From: Eukaryota sp. TZLM1-RC
Taxonomy: Eukaryota > Protista > Metamonada: BaSk clade
NCBI GenBank assembly: GCA_040285825.1
Contig: JAUPSS010000003.1
Location: 1,302,001 to 1,366,000 of the forward strand
Reading direction: 5' to 3'
DNA: 64,000 nt
Made by a program: the position numbers and the translations under genes. Below are positions 12,086 to 25,000 of this stretch, one piece after another. Below the pieces are notes generated by a model. The model ran no database searches. It had not been told where the DNA came from and saw nothing but the letters and a program-made list of their open reading frames with translations. Position 1 is the stretch's first letter. Each line of letters begins with the position of its first letter.

Positions 12086-12087
12086 TT

Positions 12088-13705
12088 TTGAGTAAATGGT
12101 CCAATAAATTCAAAAATATGACCAAAATAAATTTTATTTTTCTGGACTCATATGTTGAATGTCAGCTGTTGAATCCACTCCGAATTATTTTTCAATGTGG
12201 AAAATTAATTCAATGTGGAAGTAGTAGTGGTGGAACAACATTGGTGGTGGACAACAATTTTTCCGAGAACAACATGAAGAAAGATCAACATGAGAAGCGA
12301 ATGACGAAGCGATTGAAAAAATGGAGGTTGTATGAAATTTCGTAAAACTGAAACAGCCATCTCTTGATTTTTGCAGATCTTTCAACAAACTTCGGGTCAA
12401 ATTTTTTTCTTCTTTATTAGAAGTAAATGAATCTATGATTCGAAGTCATGTATTTTGTTCTGCTGATTTGGATGGAATTGGTTTCACTAAATCTTCGATT
12501 TTGTGTAAAGCAGCATTTTTAGGAGGTAGAAACAATTTTATTTTTGAATTTTTTCAAAGGTTCCCTTTTGATGTTCATCTGATCAATGGTGAATCAAATT
12601 TTTACCTAAATCAACTTCAATTTGAATTAGATCATTTGCTCAGTGATATCTGGATTGAGTGTTTTCCTCAGAATGCTCAAGAAACTCCCAACCGATCACT
12701 CCCACATTTACGTTTTTGCCTGAAAAAGCTTCAGCACCATCTGGTTAAATTATATGAAAGCTTGAATTATGAAGTAAGACTTGGCTTGGCCAAAACTGAA
12801 ATCCCGCTTTCGGTAATTTTTTAAAGGACATTCATAATAGTTCTGCTGCTGCTTTAGTAACCCAAATTCCCTCTGTTTATGGACTATTGTTAAAAAACAA
12901 TGAATGGCTTTTAAACATGCGTTTTCGTTGTTTTCTGTGGCCAAACAATTTGCCCAAACATTTAACTTGTAAATGTGGTAAACCTCTTTTGTTTACTCAT
13001 CTTTTGAACTGTAAACATTTCATCACATTTAGAAGTAAAGTGCATAATAATGTCATGGACCAAATTTATGTAAGGTGTAAATCATATCGAGCAGATTCCT
13101 TTTAGAGCCGTTGTTATCGAAATTAATTCTTGATGACCCCAATATTGATAGCACGCGCTACAACAGAGCTTCTATGGGTCTGACAAGAGGTGATGTGGTT
13201 GTTCCCGGTTTAAATGGTAGTTTTACTATTTTAGAAGTCATGTCCATTGACCCTTGTAATTCCTCTAACGAACATCTCATTAACTCGGATGTAAATAATC
13301 CTCTTTTTGCAGACGAAAAATATAAAATTGCTAAATACGCGAAACCCACTTCCTCTTTAAATGAAAATTCTCATGCCCAATATAGTTTATGTCCCTTTGT
13401 TTTTCTTTGCTTGGATCTTTAGGTAAGGCTGCAATGGCTTTCCTGGAGGATTTTGCAGTAGCTGTAAAGGAAAGAACTGGAAGAATTTTCAATCGTGTTT
13501 ACTGGCAAAACAGGATTGTATTTTCTATTTTTAAGGGAATGGTGAAATTAATTTCTGATTCACTCTCTTCATTTAGGAAATTTTCTGAAGTTTTAGTAAT
13601 TAGTTGTTTTGATGTTGGTGAGGTAGATTTTGAGGATGTGGAGTTTTAGTTGTGTATTTTATGTTTTCATGTTCCCTATTAGATAAATTAAATATGCAAA
13701 AAAAA
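12088..13705 (+). mobile_element. non-LTR retrotransposon R2 (ends DFEDVEF*), with an inverted fragment at its 5' side
   Basis: CKCG..HLLNC..VH, RGDVVV, WQNRIVFSIFKG, poly(A) at 13698; similar to 58585-60560. Confidence 0.85.
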
Positions 13706-13767
13706 GACAGCCATCTTTCATTCCGCCACCGACTCTTCTCGACTTTCTGTGTTGATTATAGCTCAAT

Positions 13768-14424
13768 ATGCCTTACAACTTTGATTTCCTTGTGGTACTT
13801 GATGATGTTCACCAGTTATTATGATGTTATTTAACTGATATTTGAAAAGTTACTTGCAGTCACTAGTGGCGCAGCTACTTCATGGCTGTGGGCGATCAAG
13901 CTGTACAAACATATACTGTGCTTCTTGTTCTGAATGTAATCGACCTGCAGATGTGAATCAAGCAGCTATCATGGCATTGGGTTTGGTGAAAACAGGTCGT
14001 TTGGACCTTTTATGCCCTCCAGTGTCAAAGGAAGCTTCCCTTCCTCCTTTGGATCTATCCTCAAGAATCGATTTTGCCCTACTTTAAAGAGGTACGTATA
14101 GGTATGCAATAAAAGAAATAGCTCCTATCAACCATCTACTCTATATCTCAACCCTCATTTCATGCCTCTTTGATATTTCTTTCTTTAATGTCCCCTTCTT
14201 TGCTCGTTTTCACAATACAGGTAGGTGGGTTGTTACCTCCTTCACTCATGACCTCTATTAGCTATGTCTTTGCCCTTGTCTTAAACACTACACGATCTCT
14301 CTTAGAAAACCCTAAGCTATACAAGCTTTCTCATTCTCCTTCTAACCTTTTCTTCACATTTCCCCTTCCGAAATCTCCCTTAGCGTCTGGTGGAGAAACT
14401 ATTAGTTTTTTAATGTTAATCTGA
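13768..14424 (+). pseudogene. N-terminal fragment of a UBE3A/HECT-like ligase (AZUL Zn finger), apparently truncated
   Basis: QLLHGCGRSSCTNIYCASC..NQAAIMALGL matches the AZUL pattern; no HECT domain follows; exon structure unresolved. Confidence 0.6.
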
Positions 14425-14639
14425 GCTCAATTTTCCATAATGGATTTATTCTATATCTGTTCAAAATTTTGAGATTTTGTCAACTTGTCTGTGACAAAAT
14501 GTTTCAACTGCTAATTCCATATACTGTTGAAAAAAAATTTGTGAATTAACTGGATGCTAATTATTCATAAGCATGGGTTGCTCATGATTTGGAGATTGTT
14601 TTTTTATTTTCTCAAAGCACCTCAATAAAATACAATAAA

Positions 14640-15120
14640 ATTTATTGTCTTTTATAGTGAAGAAATAAGAATCATGATATTACGAAGACTTATGAACACA
14701 GAGAGGTAAGTAAAATGAATGAATGAAACCTAGACTGGAAGTAGGTTAAGGTTAAGTATCAAGCACCAACAAAGAATGTTGGTTATCGAAAGTTTTTGAA
14801 AAAAAAAGCAACTTCCGTCTATTGCTACTGGATGAATATAAAACAAGTTGTCCATGTCATGCATGTGAACTCGAGGGAAAAGAAGGCGAAAATGTAAAGA
14901 AGCATCGAGTACCTAACCCAAGACCTTACAGGAGAGCAAAGACTCCAACGGTCTTTAGACATGGATTACTCACTTGCAAGAAGCGTGGATGTATATGAAA
15001 TCATAATGTCAATGCTGTTCTTAATATGATTCATATTGTAGATCAGTATCTCAAAGGAAATGAAAGACCTGAAACAATCCTTTGAAAGACCTCTAAATCA
15101 TTTCATCTTCAGTAATCTCA
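14640..15120 (+). mobile_element. Fanzor1 remnant (family E)
   Basis: YQAPTKNVGYRKFL, LDEYKTSCPCHAC, PNPRPYRR, RHGLLTCK, *NHNVNAVLNM, ERPE. Confidence 0.8.
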
Positions 15121-15159
15121 ACGGTTTACTACTATTTGACATTTTTGTGCTAGTAGCCG

Positions 15160-16137
15160 ATGTCACTTGTTACACCTCCTGTTAGAACTTCTTCCATAAT
15201 TAATATTCCCCCCAAAGGTCACAATGGACCTAAAGAAACTTCAACACCTTTCGGTCTCAATGTTCCAAAACTTTCATCATTAGCTGATGACTCATCTGAT
15301 GAAGAAGCTCCTTCTCCTCAACCAACAGTGAACACTACTTCAGAGAAACCCCCGCCGTCTCTCTCTCCCGGTTCTCTCCCTTCCCCTACGCTCGTCAACA
15401 AGGGTTCAGTTCACGCAAACTCTTCTGCAGATCTCCACTCTTCCTCTCTTTCAAAGACACACACACAAGGATCCTTAATACCAACAACGTTTCGCAGCCT
15501 TCCTAAACCTGAATCCAATGCTAATATCTCTGTTATTGATTTTACTGCTGCTCCGACCGACGGAGACTCTCTTCATCAACAATCAAAAGTTGTGGAGCTT
15601 GCTGATGGTGCAGTAATTGTGAATTCAGATCCATTAACCATTAAACTACACGGATTTTTAGAACACTTGTTTTCCAATTCAATATCAAAAAGAGAATTTG
15701 CTTTGAAAGAAATCTGCCAAATTGTTTGGCTTGGTGGTTTTAACTACCAAGTTTATGTAGGTTCAACTGGTGTTCTGGAGCTTTGTGTGGAAATTTTATC
15801 AAATAATATAGAACCTTTTTCTTTGAAAACAAAATCACTACAATTACTAGCTATTGCTTTAAGAAATTGTAACTACAACCAAAGTAGAGCTAATGAAAAC
15901 GGTTTATTATTAATACTTTCAGAATTACTCACAGAAAGTAATAAAATGATTAGAATGTGGGCTTGTAATGTAATGTTCAACTTACTGTGGAATAATTTTG
16001 ACATTCAAACTACATGCCGACTTTACACATCTGTACTTTCTGCCAGGCTACGGTCTGTTGCTAATGAAGACTGGCGAGTTTGGAGTCACAACGATGCAGT
16101 AGAAATATTAAAGTTAATGGATTGGAGAATTGATTAG
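15160..16137 (+). CDS. protein with Ser/Pro-rich N-terminus and ARM-like repeats
   Basis: intact 325-aa ORF; ARM-type helices (NQSRANENGLLLILSELL, RMWACNVMFNL). Confidence 0.75.
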   Translation: MSLVTPPVRTSSIINIPPKGHNGPKETSTPFGLNVPKLSSLADDSSDEEAPSPQPTVNTTSEKPPPSLSPGSLPSPTLVNKGSVHANSSADLHSSSLSKTHTQGSLIPTTFRSLPKPESNANISVIDFTAAPTDGDSLHQQSKVVELADGAVIVNSDPLTIKLHGFLEHLFSNSISKREFALKEICQIVWLGGFNYQVYVGSTGVLELCVEILSNNIEPFSLKTKSLQLLAIALRNCNYNQSRANENGLLLILSELLTESNKMIRMWACNVMFNLLWNNFDIQTTCRLYTSVLSARLRSVANEDWRVWSHNDAVEILKLMDWRID

Positions 16138-16237
16138 GATAAATGTACAGATTTGAGAGTTTAACAAATAATTTAAGAATTTGGTTTTTAAACAAATTCT
16201 TTCAATTAGTATGAAATTACCAAATAAAAAGGTGATT

Positions 16238-16780
16238 CTATTTTTTAAGTGTCTCTGCAATTGACTCCCATAATTCAGCAATTCCGTCCCCTTCGTTGTT
16301 GGTAACGTGGACAATGACGTCATCAATTGATTGAGCAAGGGTTTCTGACTGGGTGACACTATCATGGCTAATCAAATCATCATCAGTTTCCTCTTCAGAT
16401 TCAGAATGATAGATCAAGTAGAGTGTTGAAGAAGACGGCATTGATGTTAGGATTGTGTTAATACCAGAAATGACTTCTTCCAGATCAGAGCTTCTTTGAT
16501 CAATTACATAAAGGATTACATCAGTGGACGTGTGGGACTTCCAACGTGTAACTTCCCCACTAAAGTCCTTAATGCACAGAGATATACCGGAATGTGCCAC
16601 GCGTGTCAAATTAACACCAACACTGGGTGCATTAGGAAACCGGACATAAGGTTGATTCAAGTGAGAGGTCAATTGATGTAAGAGTGATGTCTTAGTGGAA
16701 GGATTGAGACCGAGAATAACCAATGAAAACTCAGGGACATGTGTTAGCTTATGGTAGATGTATCTAGCAGTAGTGAGCAT
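16238..16780 (-). CDS. divergent Arf-like small GTPase (ARFRP1-like), degenerate G motifs
   Basis: EFSLVILGLNPSTKTSLL, PSVGVN, DFSGE, ILYVID, EGDGI.E. Confidence 0.7.
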   Translation of the reverse strand: MLTTARYIYHKLTHVPEFSLVILGLNPSTKTSLLHQLTSHLNQPYVRFPNAPSVGVNLTRVAHSGISLCIKDFSGEVTRWKSHTSTDVILYVIDQRSSDLEEVISGINTILTSMPSSSTLYLIYHSESEEETDDDLISHDSVTQSETLAQSIDDVIVHVTNNEGDGIAELWESIAETLKK

Positions 16781-16811
16781 GGGTTATAAGTACAGGAAAG
16801 TCAAATACTAT

Positions 16812-17512
16812 CTGCGGTTTTCATTTGAAATGCATACTTTCTTTAAGCATCATTCAAAGTTATTTCAAGAACTTTCATCCTTGGTGAGATCGTCCACAGA
16901 TGTTCTAGAATCCTCGAATAATTGGCCACCAATCTGAGTGAGCCCATTTCTCCTCTAGAACAATACGTAGCTTTGAAGCTAGTTTCTTTGTGGTCTCTGA
17001 AATGCTTCTCGTCTTGTTCCATAGTAGTCCTCACTAATTGCAATTTCTAGCTGATTTAGTGATGTAGAAATGTCTCCAGACCAAACTTGATTACATTCTG
17101 GACAACTGAAATGGCGTTGTGAACTTTAACTTCACCATCAACTTCTCGATAGATCTTTTGATGTAGCATCTTGCAGTACTTCACCTTTGCAGATGTCATA
17201 TATTCATCTCCGATCTTCACATTAACAAATGAACATTGTAACAACTTGAGAAACGCCTTACGTGGAGTTTTCACTTTTTGACTTGATTTACCACCGCCTC
17301 CATCGCCAAACCATACCTTTACTTCTCGACCGTTTGCAAATTTTTTCACTTTGTTGATAATTGAGCTGAATCTTTTCTGTTTTCCTATAAAGAAGTCAAA
17401 TGTGTTTCTCCCCAATGCTTTTCGAGCACTCAGATATAATTGCTGCTGTAGCAATGATCGTCTTACGTTATTACCTTCATAATCCTTATAGTCACCGATA
17501 GTTGATAGCATA
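16812..17512 (-). mobile_element. Fanzor family A, 3' half plus putative omega-RNA
   Basis: WFGDG, IGDEYMTSAK, C..C..WSRDIS; ~90% identical by eye to 9806-10500. Confidence 0.85.
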
Positions 17513-17514
17513 TA

Positions 17515-19750
17515 TTTCTACCAAAACACATTTTTAAAAAAAACGCACTTCTGGCTTTTGACCAATTCATGCAATCTTGATAGACGTTAAGCATACTTTA
17601 GATCCATCACTATATGATATCACGATCAAATGATAGTTAAAGCAGCAACATCATAATACATAAATAGACACTTATCTACAGGGTTTCTGGAACGCCTCAG
17701 GTCTTTCATTGTAGTAGTGCTCACTTATTGCAATCTCCAGCTGGTTTTTGGAGGCTGAGATATCCGTGTTTGACATTGAGGGCATACAAACTTTTCATTG
17801 TGCACCCTCCCATCATCGTGATACACCTTTTGATTGAATACCTTACAGCAATTCGTTTTGGCAGATGTGTAGATTTCATTCTATTAGGCTTCACATATGT
17901 AAAATGTTTCTGAATCTCCTTCAAAAAGCGCTTCCTTGGGGTTTTCACAGATTGTCTTGATGGCCCATCACCTCCACTACCAAACCAAATTATGGTTTCT
18001 CTTCCATTAGCCATTAGTTTATTTTCTCAATAAATCATACTGTCTTCTTATAAAAAAATCAAACTTGTTGCGGTGCAGGACTCGGCGATCTCCATTTATC
18101 AGCAGTTGGTCTATTATAGTTCTCGGACGGAAGTCAGGATTCCTGATTTCTTCCTGTGTCGGTACCCATGCCATTGGCGTTGCTGTTTCATACAGACATT
18201 TGCGGAAATTCTGTACGAAATAGCAATTTGGTGATGCATGTGTCAAGAATGATCTTCTTTGCCTTTGAATTTAGAGCAAGACCCGAAAGTTGATGGTCAA
18301 CATTGTTATTATCTATATTTGATCCAATTGAATACTTACACAAATTTTTGTGGTTAGGATCAATTGCACAAAATGAATATTCAATTGGATCAACTGGAAG
18401 AGGCTCATAGGCGTCATCAGTTCTTCGACGTTGCCTGGGACGGACCTGTTGTTGAACTCTGCAGTTACGTTTCCGACTCTTGGCAGACATATCGTGTTGT
18501 CCACTGGCTCTGGCGGTTTCAAATTCTCTTGCTGAGCGGCGATTCTTGGTTCTCTTAGGAGCTGTTGAAAATGTTACCCTGAGAGATTAAACCATCTGAT
18601 GCAAGGGTATACGTGGCAAAGTTTTTTTGTTGAAGAGCTTCAATGGGTTCCTCAGTAGTTATCGGTCTGGATTTAAACGCAAGAAGTGTTTCTCAACTTG
18701 TTTACTGAAAGAAATAAAACCTGGTGAGTAGCTTGCGAATGAAAGCGAGATCGTGTCTCTTCATTGTTACACCCGCCATGTTCTCGAGGAAGGACAAAAT
18801 AAGGATGCCGGCGGAGAAGATAAAAGTCATCGATTCAGCGTTTAGTTGGATGTCAGTTTCTTCTAAGAGGGCTTGGAACCCAGCAGGGTCACCTACTTGT
18901 TGGTTAAACAAATCAGTTATGTGTGCTTGATGTTGCTCATACCAACCAAGTAGCTGCTCTGAAACGGCGGAATCTTTAAGAACGGCAGCAGCACATCTTT
19001 TCGGAGCTGGACAGTCAAAGAAGACTGTCATTGTTTTGTAGAAGTTAAATTTCCATACAACTGGGCCATCTGTCAATATTTGGTGAAAGCTGTTCGCCGT
19101 TTGGAGTGCGCGAAAGCTTCGGATGTAAAAATGGCACCAGTTGTCAGTCCTTTTATCACAACCCAGAGCGGTAAGGGCCACCTGGTTGGGTCAGAAGCAT
19201 AAGAGAGAGCCACGTAGACCTCCCGGTGGTTCTCAAAGGGTTACCAGATTGGAGGATTGACCATCACCACAAAGTCCTGGCATTGATACCAGAACTGTTG
19301 ATGGTACAACCAGTGGGCCATGTTCGGATGCATCAGTATAAAATACTGAGCAAGACGACAGGTCAAGACGCTGACAGTTCGTATGTAACGAAACTGTTGC
19401 TCCTTTGCTTCTCTTGCAGCACCGGTGAAGAATTTGGCAGCTGCAACAGCAACGGTTGTCTTCCTTGCGGTATTTTGGCGCTCGGGACGGTTAACCTCCC
19501 AGGGGAGTACAGCCCTCGACGTGGCAACTCTAAATTTGCCTGTGGGAATGTCAGTCAAAAAAAGATCAGACAGTCAACAATAGGATTTCATTTATTCACA
19601 ACTTCTGGCATTATAAAAATACAAAACATGAACACAATGATAATTAAACACTATAATACGTGATACTCAACTATTTGATACTGCTGCCGCAACTATTTTC
19701 ATTCTTGAAAAGAGTACAGTTGAAGGAGTTGTTTTAGGTGATAACATTAG
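17515..19750 (-). mobile_element. Fanzor family B, near full length with frameshifts
   Basis: N-terminus from 19558, SDG motif, FCAIDPNHKNL (RuvC-I), IIWFGSG, KTPRKRF, DE.YTSAK..CC, CPQC, DISAS. Confidence 0.85.
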
Positions 19751-19863
19751 CATATTCAATCAAGAAAACGTGTTGTTTCAATGTGTTCGTATAATGTTTT
19801 TTTTCATTATGTAATTAAGTTAACACTTCTTTTATCTTTAAATAGAAACCACTCAACCTAACA

Positions 19864-20160
19864 ATGACTCTTGACAAGACAACAGTCACAACTTCTCTTT
19901 TACACGAACTTTATCTTCTACGATGTATAAGACTTGGGTTAGTCTCCTTCCACCGAACGTTTTGATGATTTTCAGAAATCGTTTCCTTCCATAACCTCAC
20001 ACTTGAAACTCCGTGATTATGCCTTTGGTGCCTATTCAGCTGCTGTTCTTCAAATCTAGTCCGTCGTTACAATATCACCTCCTTGGATCTCAATGACAAC
20101 ATCCTGATGCTAATCCTATCTGAACCTCTCCTCTCAGTGTACGAGTGGAAAGCCAAATAG
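19864..20160 (+). pseudogene. degenerate 5' fragment of an LRR-like host gene
   Basis: MTLDKTT.., LKLRDYAFG, ITSLDLNDN in broken frames. Confidence 0.35.
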
Positions 20161-20179
20161 GAAGTTGTGACTTTCTTAG

Positions 20180-20815
20180 TTTATTCATTTAATAAGGAAT
20201 ATGAAAACATGAAATACACAACTAAAACTCCACATCCTCAAAATCCGCCTCCCCTACTTCAACACAATTAATTACTAAAGATTCAGAAAATTTCCCAAAA
20301 GAAGAGAGTGAATCAGAAATTAGTTTTACCATTCCCTTAAAAATAGAAAATACAATTCTGTTTTGCCAGTAAACACGATTGAAAATTCTTCCAGTTCTTT
20401 CCTTTACAACTACAACAAAATCCTCAAGGAAAGCCATAGCAGCCTTACCTAGAGATCCAAGCAAAGAAAAAACAAAGGGACATAAACTATATTGGGCATG
20501 AGAATTTTCATTTAAAGAGGAAATGGGTTTCGCATATTTAGCAATTTTATATTTTTCGCCAGCAAGAAGAGGATTATTTACATCTGAGTTGATGAAATGT
20601 TCGTCAGAAGAATTACAAGGGTCAATGGACATAGCGTCTAAAATAGTAAAACTACCATTTAAGCCAGGAACAACCAGATCACCTCATGACAGACCCATAG
20701 AAGCTCTGTTGTAACGCGTACTATCAATACTGGGGTCATCAAGAATTAATTTCGACAACAAAGGCTCTGAAAGGGAATCTACTCGATATGATTTGCACAT
20801 TACAAAAATTTAGTT
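20180..20815 (-). mobile_element. non-LTR retrotransposon R2, 3' end
   Basis: DAMSIDPCN..WQNRIVFSIFKG..DFEDVEF*. Confidence 0.85.
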
Positions 20816-21439
20816 GTGATTTTTGGAATCAGCATTTGGCAATCAGCAATTCTTCTTAGCCCAACACCTCTGATTGTGCTGGATTTACCTTATCGGCTTG
20901 TCTTAGCGTTCCAATCACCAAAGCCAATTACAATATTGTCAGCCTTAGCTTTTAACTTGGCTTTCAATCGGTTAACCCAGACAGCCTCACTCTTTTATTA
21001 TTTATATGTTTGTTCAGAGTGTGGCGTCTAAAGAGAGGGTATTGATAAATCGGGCAGAGCAATTCGTGTAGTAATTTTTTAATGTACCTCTTGAATTGTT
21101 GCAGATTCAAAAGATGTTTTTTTGGAATGTTCTGATAATTTATCAGATGTTTCTTGTACTGACACCTCGGATTGCGTAGATGGTAAATTAAATTCTCTAA
21201 ATGTAAAATCGGGAAGAGATTTAATGATTTCCTCTTCACCGTTGATTCTTGTTGTAACTGCAGTTTTGAAAGAGTTTTCACTGCTCTTAATCCTAATAAT
21301 GATCGAGTTTCAGTAGTTTGTTTCCGTTTTTCTGAACTTCTCTGTTTGAAGTTCAAAGTTTCGTCTACCAGCAGTGTAAGGTTCAATAATTAGTTTGTTT
21401 CTTTTTTCTTTTAATGATTTTTTTGTTTTTTTTTATTTT

Positions 21440-22422
21440 ATTTTGTTTTTGCTCAGGTCATATTGTTTCCTTTGGACTCAATGTGACTTTTCTCTGCAGC
21501 ATATGATTGACTGATTTAGTAAGGAAGTTCCTTTGGATTCGGAGTTTCTGATACTGATACCAGTTTGGTTATCACATTCGTTGGGGTCTTCTCCAGCAAT
21601 GACCTTACCTTTTAAACAATTCAGTTCGTCTTCACAAAGATAATGAATATATGATTCATCCTTTTGTTTTTGTTTGACTTTACATTTTTTCAAATCAGTC
21701 TTCATGTGTTAAACTGAAACTCCACAGCCATCTGTCAGAACACTGTCGTCAAAGAAGTAAGCATTAGTTTTTTTTGTTCATGGCACTATGCTGCATGTTG
21801 AGTACTTTTTTCCAAGTTTTAAGTATTTTTATCAAGGTGATTAGTTTGATCACTTTCTTGAGTTTCATCAAACTCTGTGAAAGGAAGCTCAATGGATTCG
21901 TCAATTTTTTTGATTAATTAGTAATAATTTGCATACTTCTGGTTTCAATTCGCATATACGCTGGAGAGAGTGATGTTCCAGTCAAACTGTTTGATATCAT
22001 GTTCAGCCAAGTAGTCTGGTTGATAATTATTTAAGCAATTATCAAAATTGGAGATCATTAAAAGGAAATTAATTAGGAAATAAATGAATAAAAGTTTCTG
22101 AAGAATCATCAGTAACGACAGAATAGCTATTAAAATGGGTGGAAGCCGCAAAAGTATGTTTCTACCTAGTAAGCAATTGCGATACATTTGGGTCAAACTC
22201 CGCAATAATTACAGAGATAAGTGTGATAACATTCTTTTTAACTAAAACATCAGGTGGATTAAAATATGTTTTGTCTTTTGACTTTCATATTCCTTGATAG
22301 GACCCAATTTTGAAATATTCCAACTATGTTTGTATTCAATTTCATGATTTGTTTCAATGTCAATACACCACAAATTGATGTAATAGGAATGAAACATTTC
22401 TAATGAATTAAGGTCAATTGTT
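21440..22422 (-). pseudogene. remnant exonuclease-Fanzor element (third locus)
   Basis: manual translation: WCIDIET (ExoI), NVITLISV, YQPDYLAEHDIKQFDW (ExoII-like), then SVLTDGCGVSV..DLKK..YI..KVIAGEDPN (Fanzor TDG motif and RuvC-I). Confidence 0.7.
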
Positions 22423-22424
22423 TG

Positions 22425-22592
22425 TTATTTTTAAGGGAATGGTGAAACTAAATTTCTGATTCACTTTCTTCTTTTGGGAAATTTTCCGAATCTTTGGCAA
22501 TTAATTGTTTTGATGTAGGGGAGGCAGGTTTTGAGGATGTGGATTTTTAATTGTGTATTTTATGTTTTCATATTTGTTGTTGAATAAAAAAA
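22425..22592 (+). mobile_element. non-LTR R2 3' tip
   Basis: FKGMVKL..FEDVDF* followed by AATAAAAAAA. Confidence 0.75.
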
Positions 22593-23049
22593 TTGTTTGC
22601 TATGTAGTTTAATCCATTTTTAGATTATCCTGTGGAAAGGACTCATTACTAGACAAGTGATAAAATAGCCTCAGATGGCTCTGAAGTCACACGAGGTTTT
22701 TGTCTTTGAAGTAACTACAGCAGCTCTTGTTAGCTGTGGCTAAACGTGACCTTCCCCTTTAGTTAGGTAGATCACGTCATAGGTAGATTTAAATTGTAGT
22801 TTGTATTTTATTATTCCTGATTTCTTATATTCTGGTTCATAAACTTTCCGTTTATTTTAGATTATAAACAACAGTGCACGAAAAGCAACACCCTACCTCT
22901 AGAAGTTGTTTTACGTTTCGTAGTTGCACAAGTAGCTGATTTCTTTTTGGTGACATAAATGTTTAACACTGGTGAAGGAATAAATGATATTGAAACCTAA
23001 TAATCAGTTTAGTATTAAATGCGTATTATTATGGTGCAATTTTATCAAT

Positions 23050-25000
23050 AGCAACAACAAAATCATACAAATATTTGCAAGATGATGGATTCAGCAAATG
23101 ACTATCTTCAGGGAAACGATTAAATTCAAAAAAAAGATTTCGTCCTCCACCAACAAAAGCTGCTTGACAAAAAAATTGAAGATTTTGTAAAGCAAACACC
23201 ACCAAATTTTGAAGAGAAGAACAAGTGAGCTCGAATTAAATCAGGACTCACTTCCAGTAGGGAAGCAAAGAATGTTGCACGAAGTTGATTAAATGAGCAG
23301 CAAAAATCGATAGATAAAGACGGTGCTGTCGACCTTAATAAGTGAATAGTTGTTCCTGAATAACAAATTCTCAAAATCAAAAATTCAAATTTTAGATATA
23401 TTTCTGTATCTCTCACTCAGAAATTGAATCAACCTCAGTACGAAGTGCGATTTCTGTAAAATTTTTAGTTGTTTTATCAACATTTCCTAACCAGCAACCC
23501 AAGAAACGAAAAGCTTCTTGAGAATAATTGGTAATAGAAATATTACAATGATTAATTTCAAACTCTTTGAATTCATTACCAATTAATAAACTTTTCCTGG
23601 GATTCAAGTGAAGTCCACTATCTTCATATTATGAAGCAATTTAAATTGAAGCTTTCTGGACAACATCAAACGACCAATAAGGGAGACGTCATCCATATAA
23701 CCTAACAATTTTTAAAGAATGATATTTTTCTTTGATTGCTTCCAAAGATTTTTGAATTGCAATACAAAATAATAATGGGTTTAAAAAATCCCAATGTTGT
23801 ACAACAGATGAAAATTTTAAAGAAAATACATCATAAACCAATTCACAACCAATGGTTTCACCGAGAAACAAGTAGAAATATCGTGATTGTTGAATCACTT
23901 CGCGAATTGCTTTTCTTTTCACACTATTGAAAGCTTTACTAAAATCTAAATTGAAAATAAAATTGTTTCCTTGGGCGTTAAAAAACACAAGTCAGATGTA
24001 AGAGCAGCAACTGAAGCTCCATCTTTCGTTTGAATACCAAATTGCAATGGCGACAAAAATTTACCAGCTTTTTTCGCAATTCTCGTAAAAATAATTGAGG
24101 TAAATAAACGAAAGAGAGATTCATCTACAGCATTTGGACGAATTTCTGACGGTTTAAATTCACTTCCAGGTTTTATTTCAGCAATGATACGTGTAGTAGT
24201 AAGCTCAGGTGGAGGAACCACTTTTAAAGAGACCAATTGTTGAAAACAAAACGCTAAATCATCTGTGATTTCAGGTGTTTTATTACAGGCAATTTTTCAA
24301 AATATCAAACGAAATCCCAGAGGGTCCAACAGCTTTACCTATTGGTATTTTTTTAATTGAAGCAAGAACTTCAAAAACATTAATTGGTTCATTAGTTCAA
24401 AAATTACAAATATTAGGTTTTGGACAAATAGAATTTTCGTCAGGATGGAGCTTCTTCAATTTTTCAACTGTTTCAAGAGTTGGTTGAGCAATAACAGAGG
24501 AAAGCAACGACTGAACTCCAGCACCATATCTTCCTCGAAGACACGGTTTTCTCTGTTTAACTTTTTGTAATGGATTTTGTATAAAGACAGCATTTTTGTT
24601 GACAATAGATTTTTTGGCGAAAAAGTTCCAAAAACTAACTATATCCCATTCATTTTTCTTCGAGTTACTTGTAAATGAACGAAGTTCAACAGACAATGGA
24701 ATTGAAGAAGCAAAGCTGACTTCAACAGGAAACTTGACTGGGTCTTAGAGTACCTTGTACTTTACAACATCAACAAAATAGCAATGGTCTATCGTGATTG
24801 ACTTCAGTAATGGATTTCTGACATAAATGACATGTATTCACATTAATATTTGGATCATCATGACTTGAAATCAAATATTTCCGATTATCAGACAAGTGTA
24901 CTTTTTCAGACAAGGATATTTCAGGACTTGTTACATTATGATTACTTGCATGAACTTCCACATTGTTGGACTCATGAAAACAACTGTTGAGCACATTAAA
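23050..25000 (-). mobile_element. CRE-like non-LTR retrotransposon, N-terminal/RT region, degenerate
   Basis: GPSGISF, IRPNAVDESLFRL, PLQFGI, LDFSKAFNSVKR, PLLFC, YMD, FRFLG. Confidence 0.8.

Noticed and set aside
22603-22874. Solo LTR (TGTAG...CAACA)
   Set aside because: No matching TSD (GCTA versus GTGC) and no second copy in the window; unresolved
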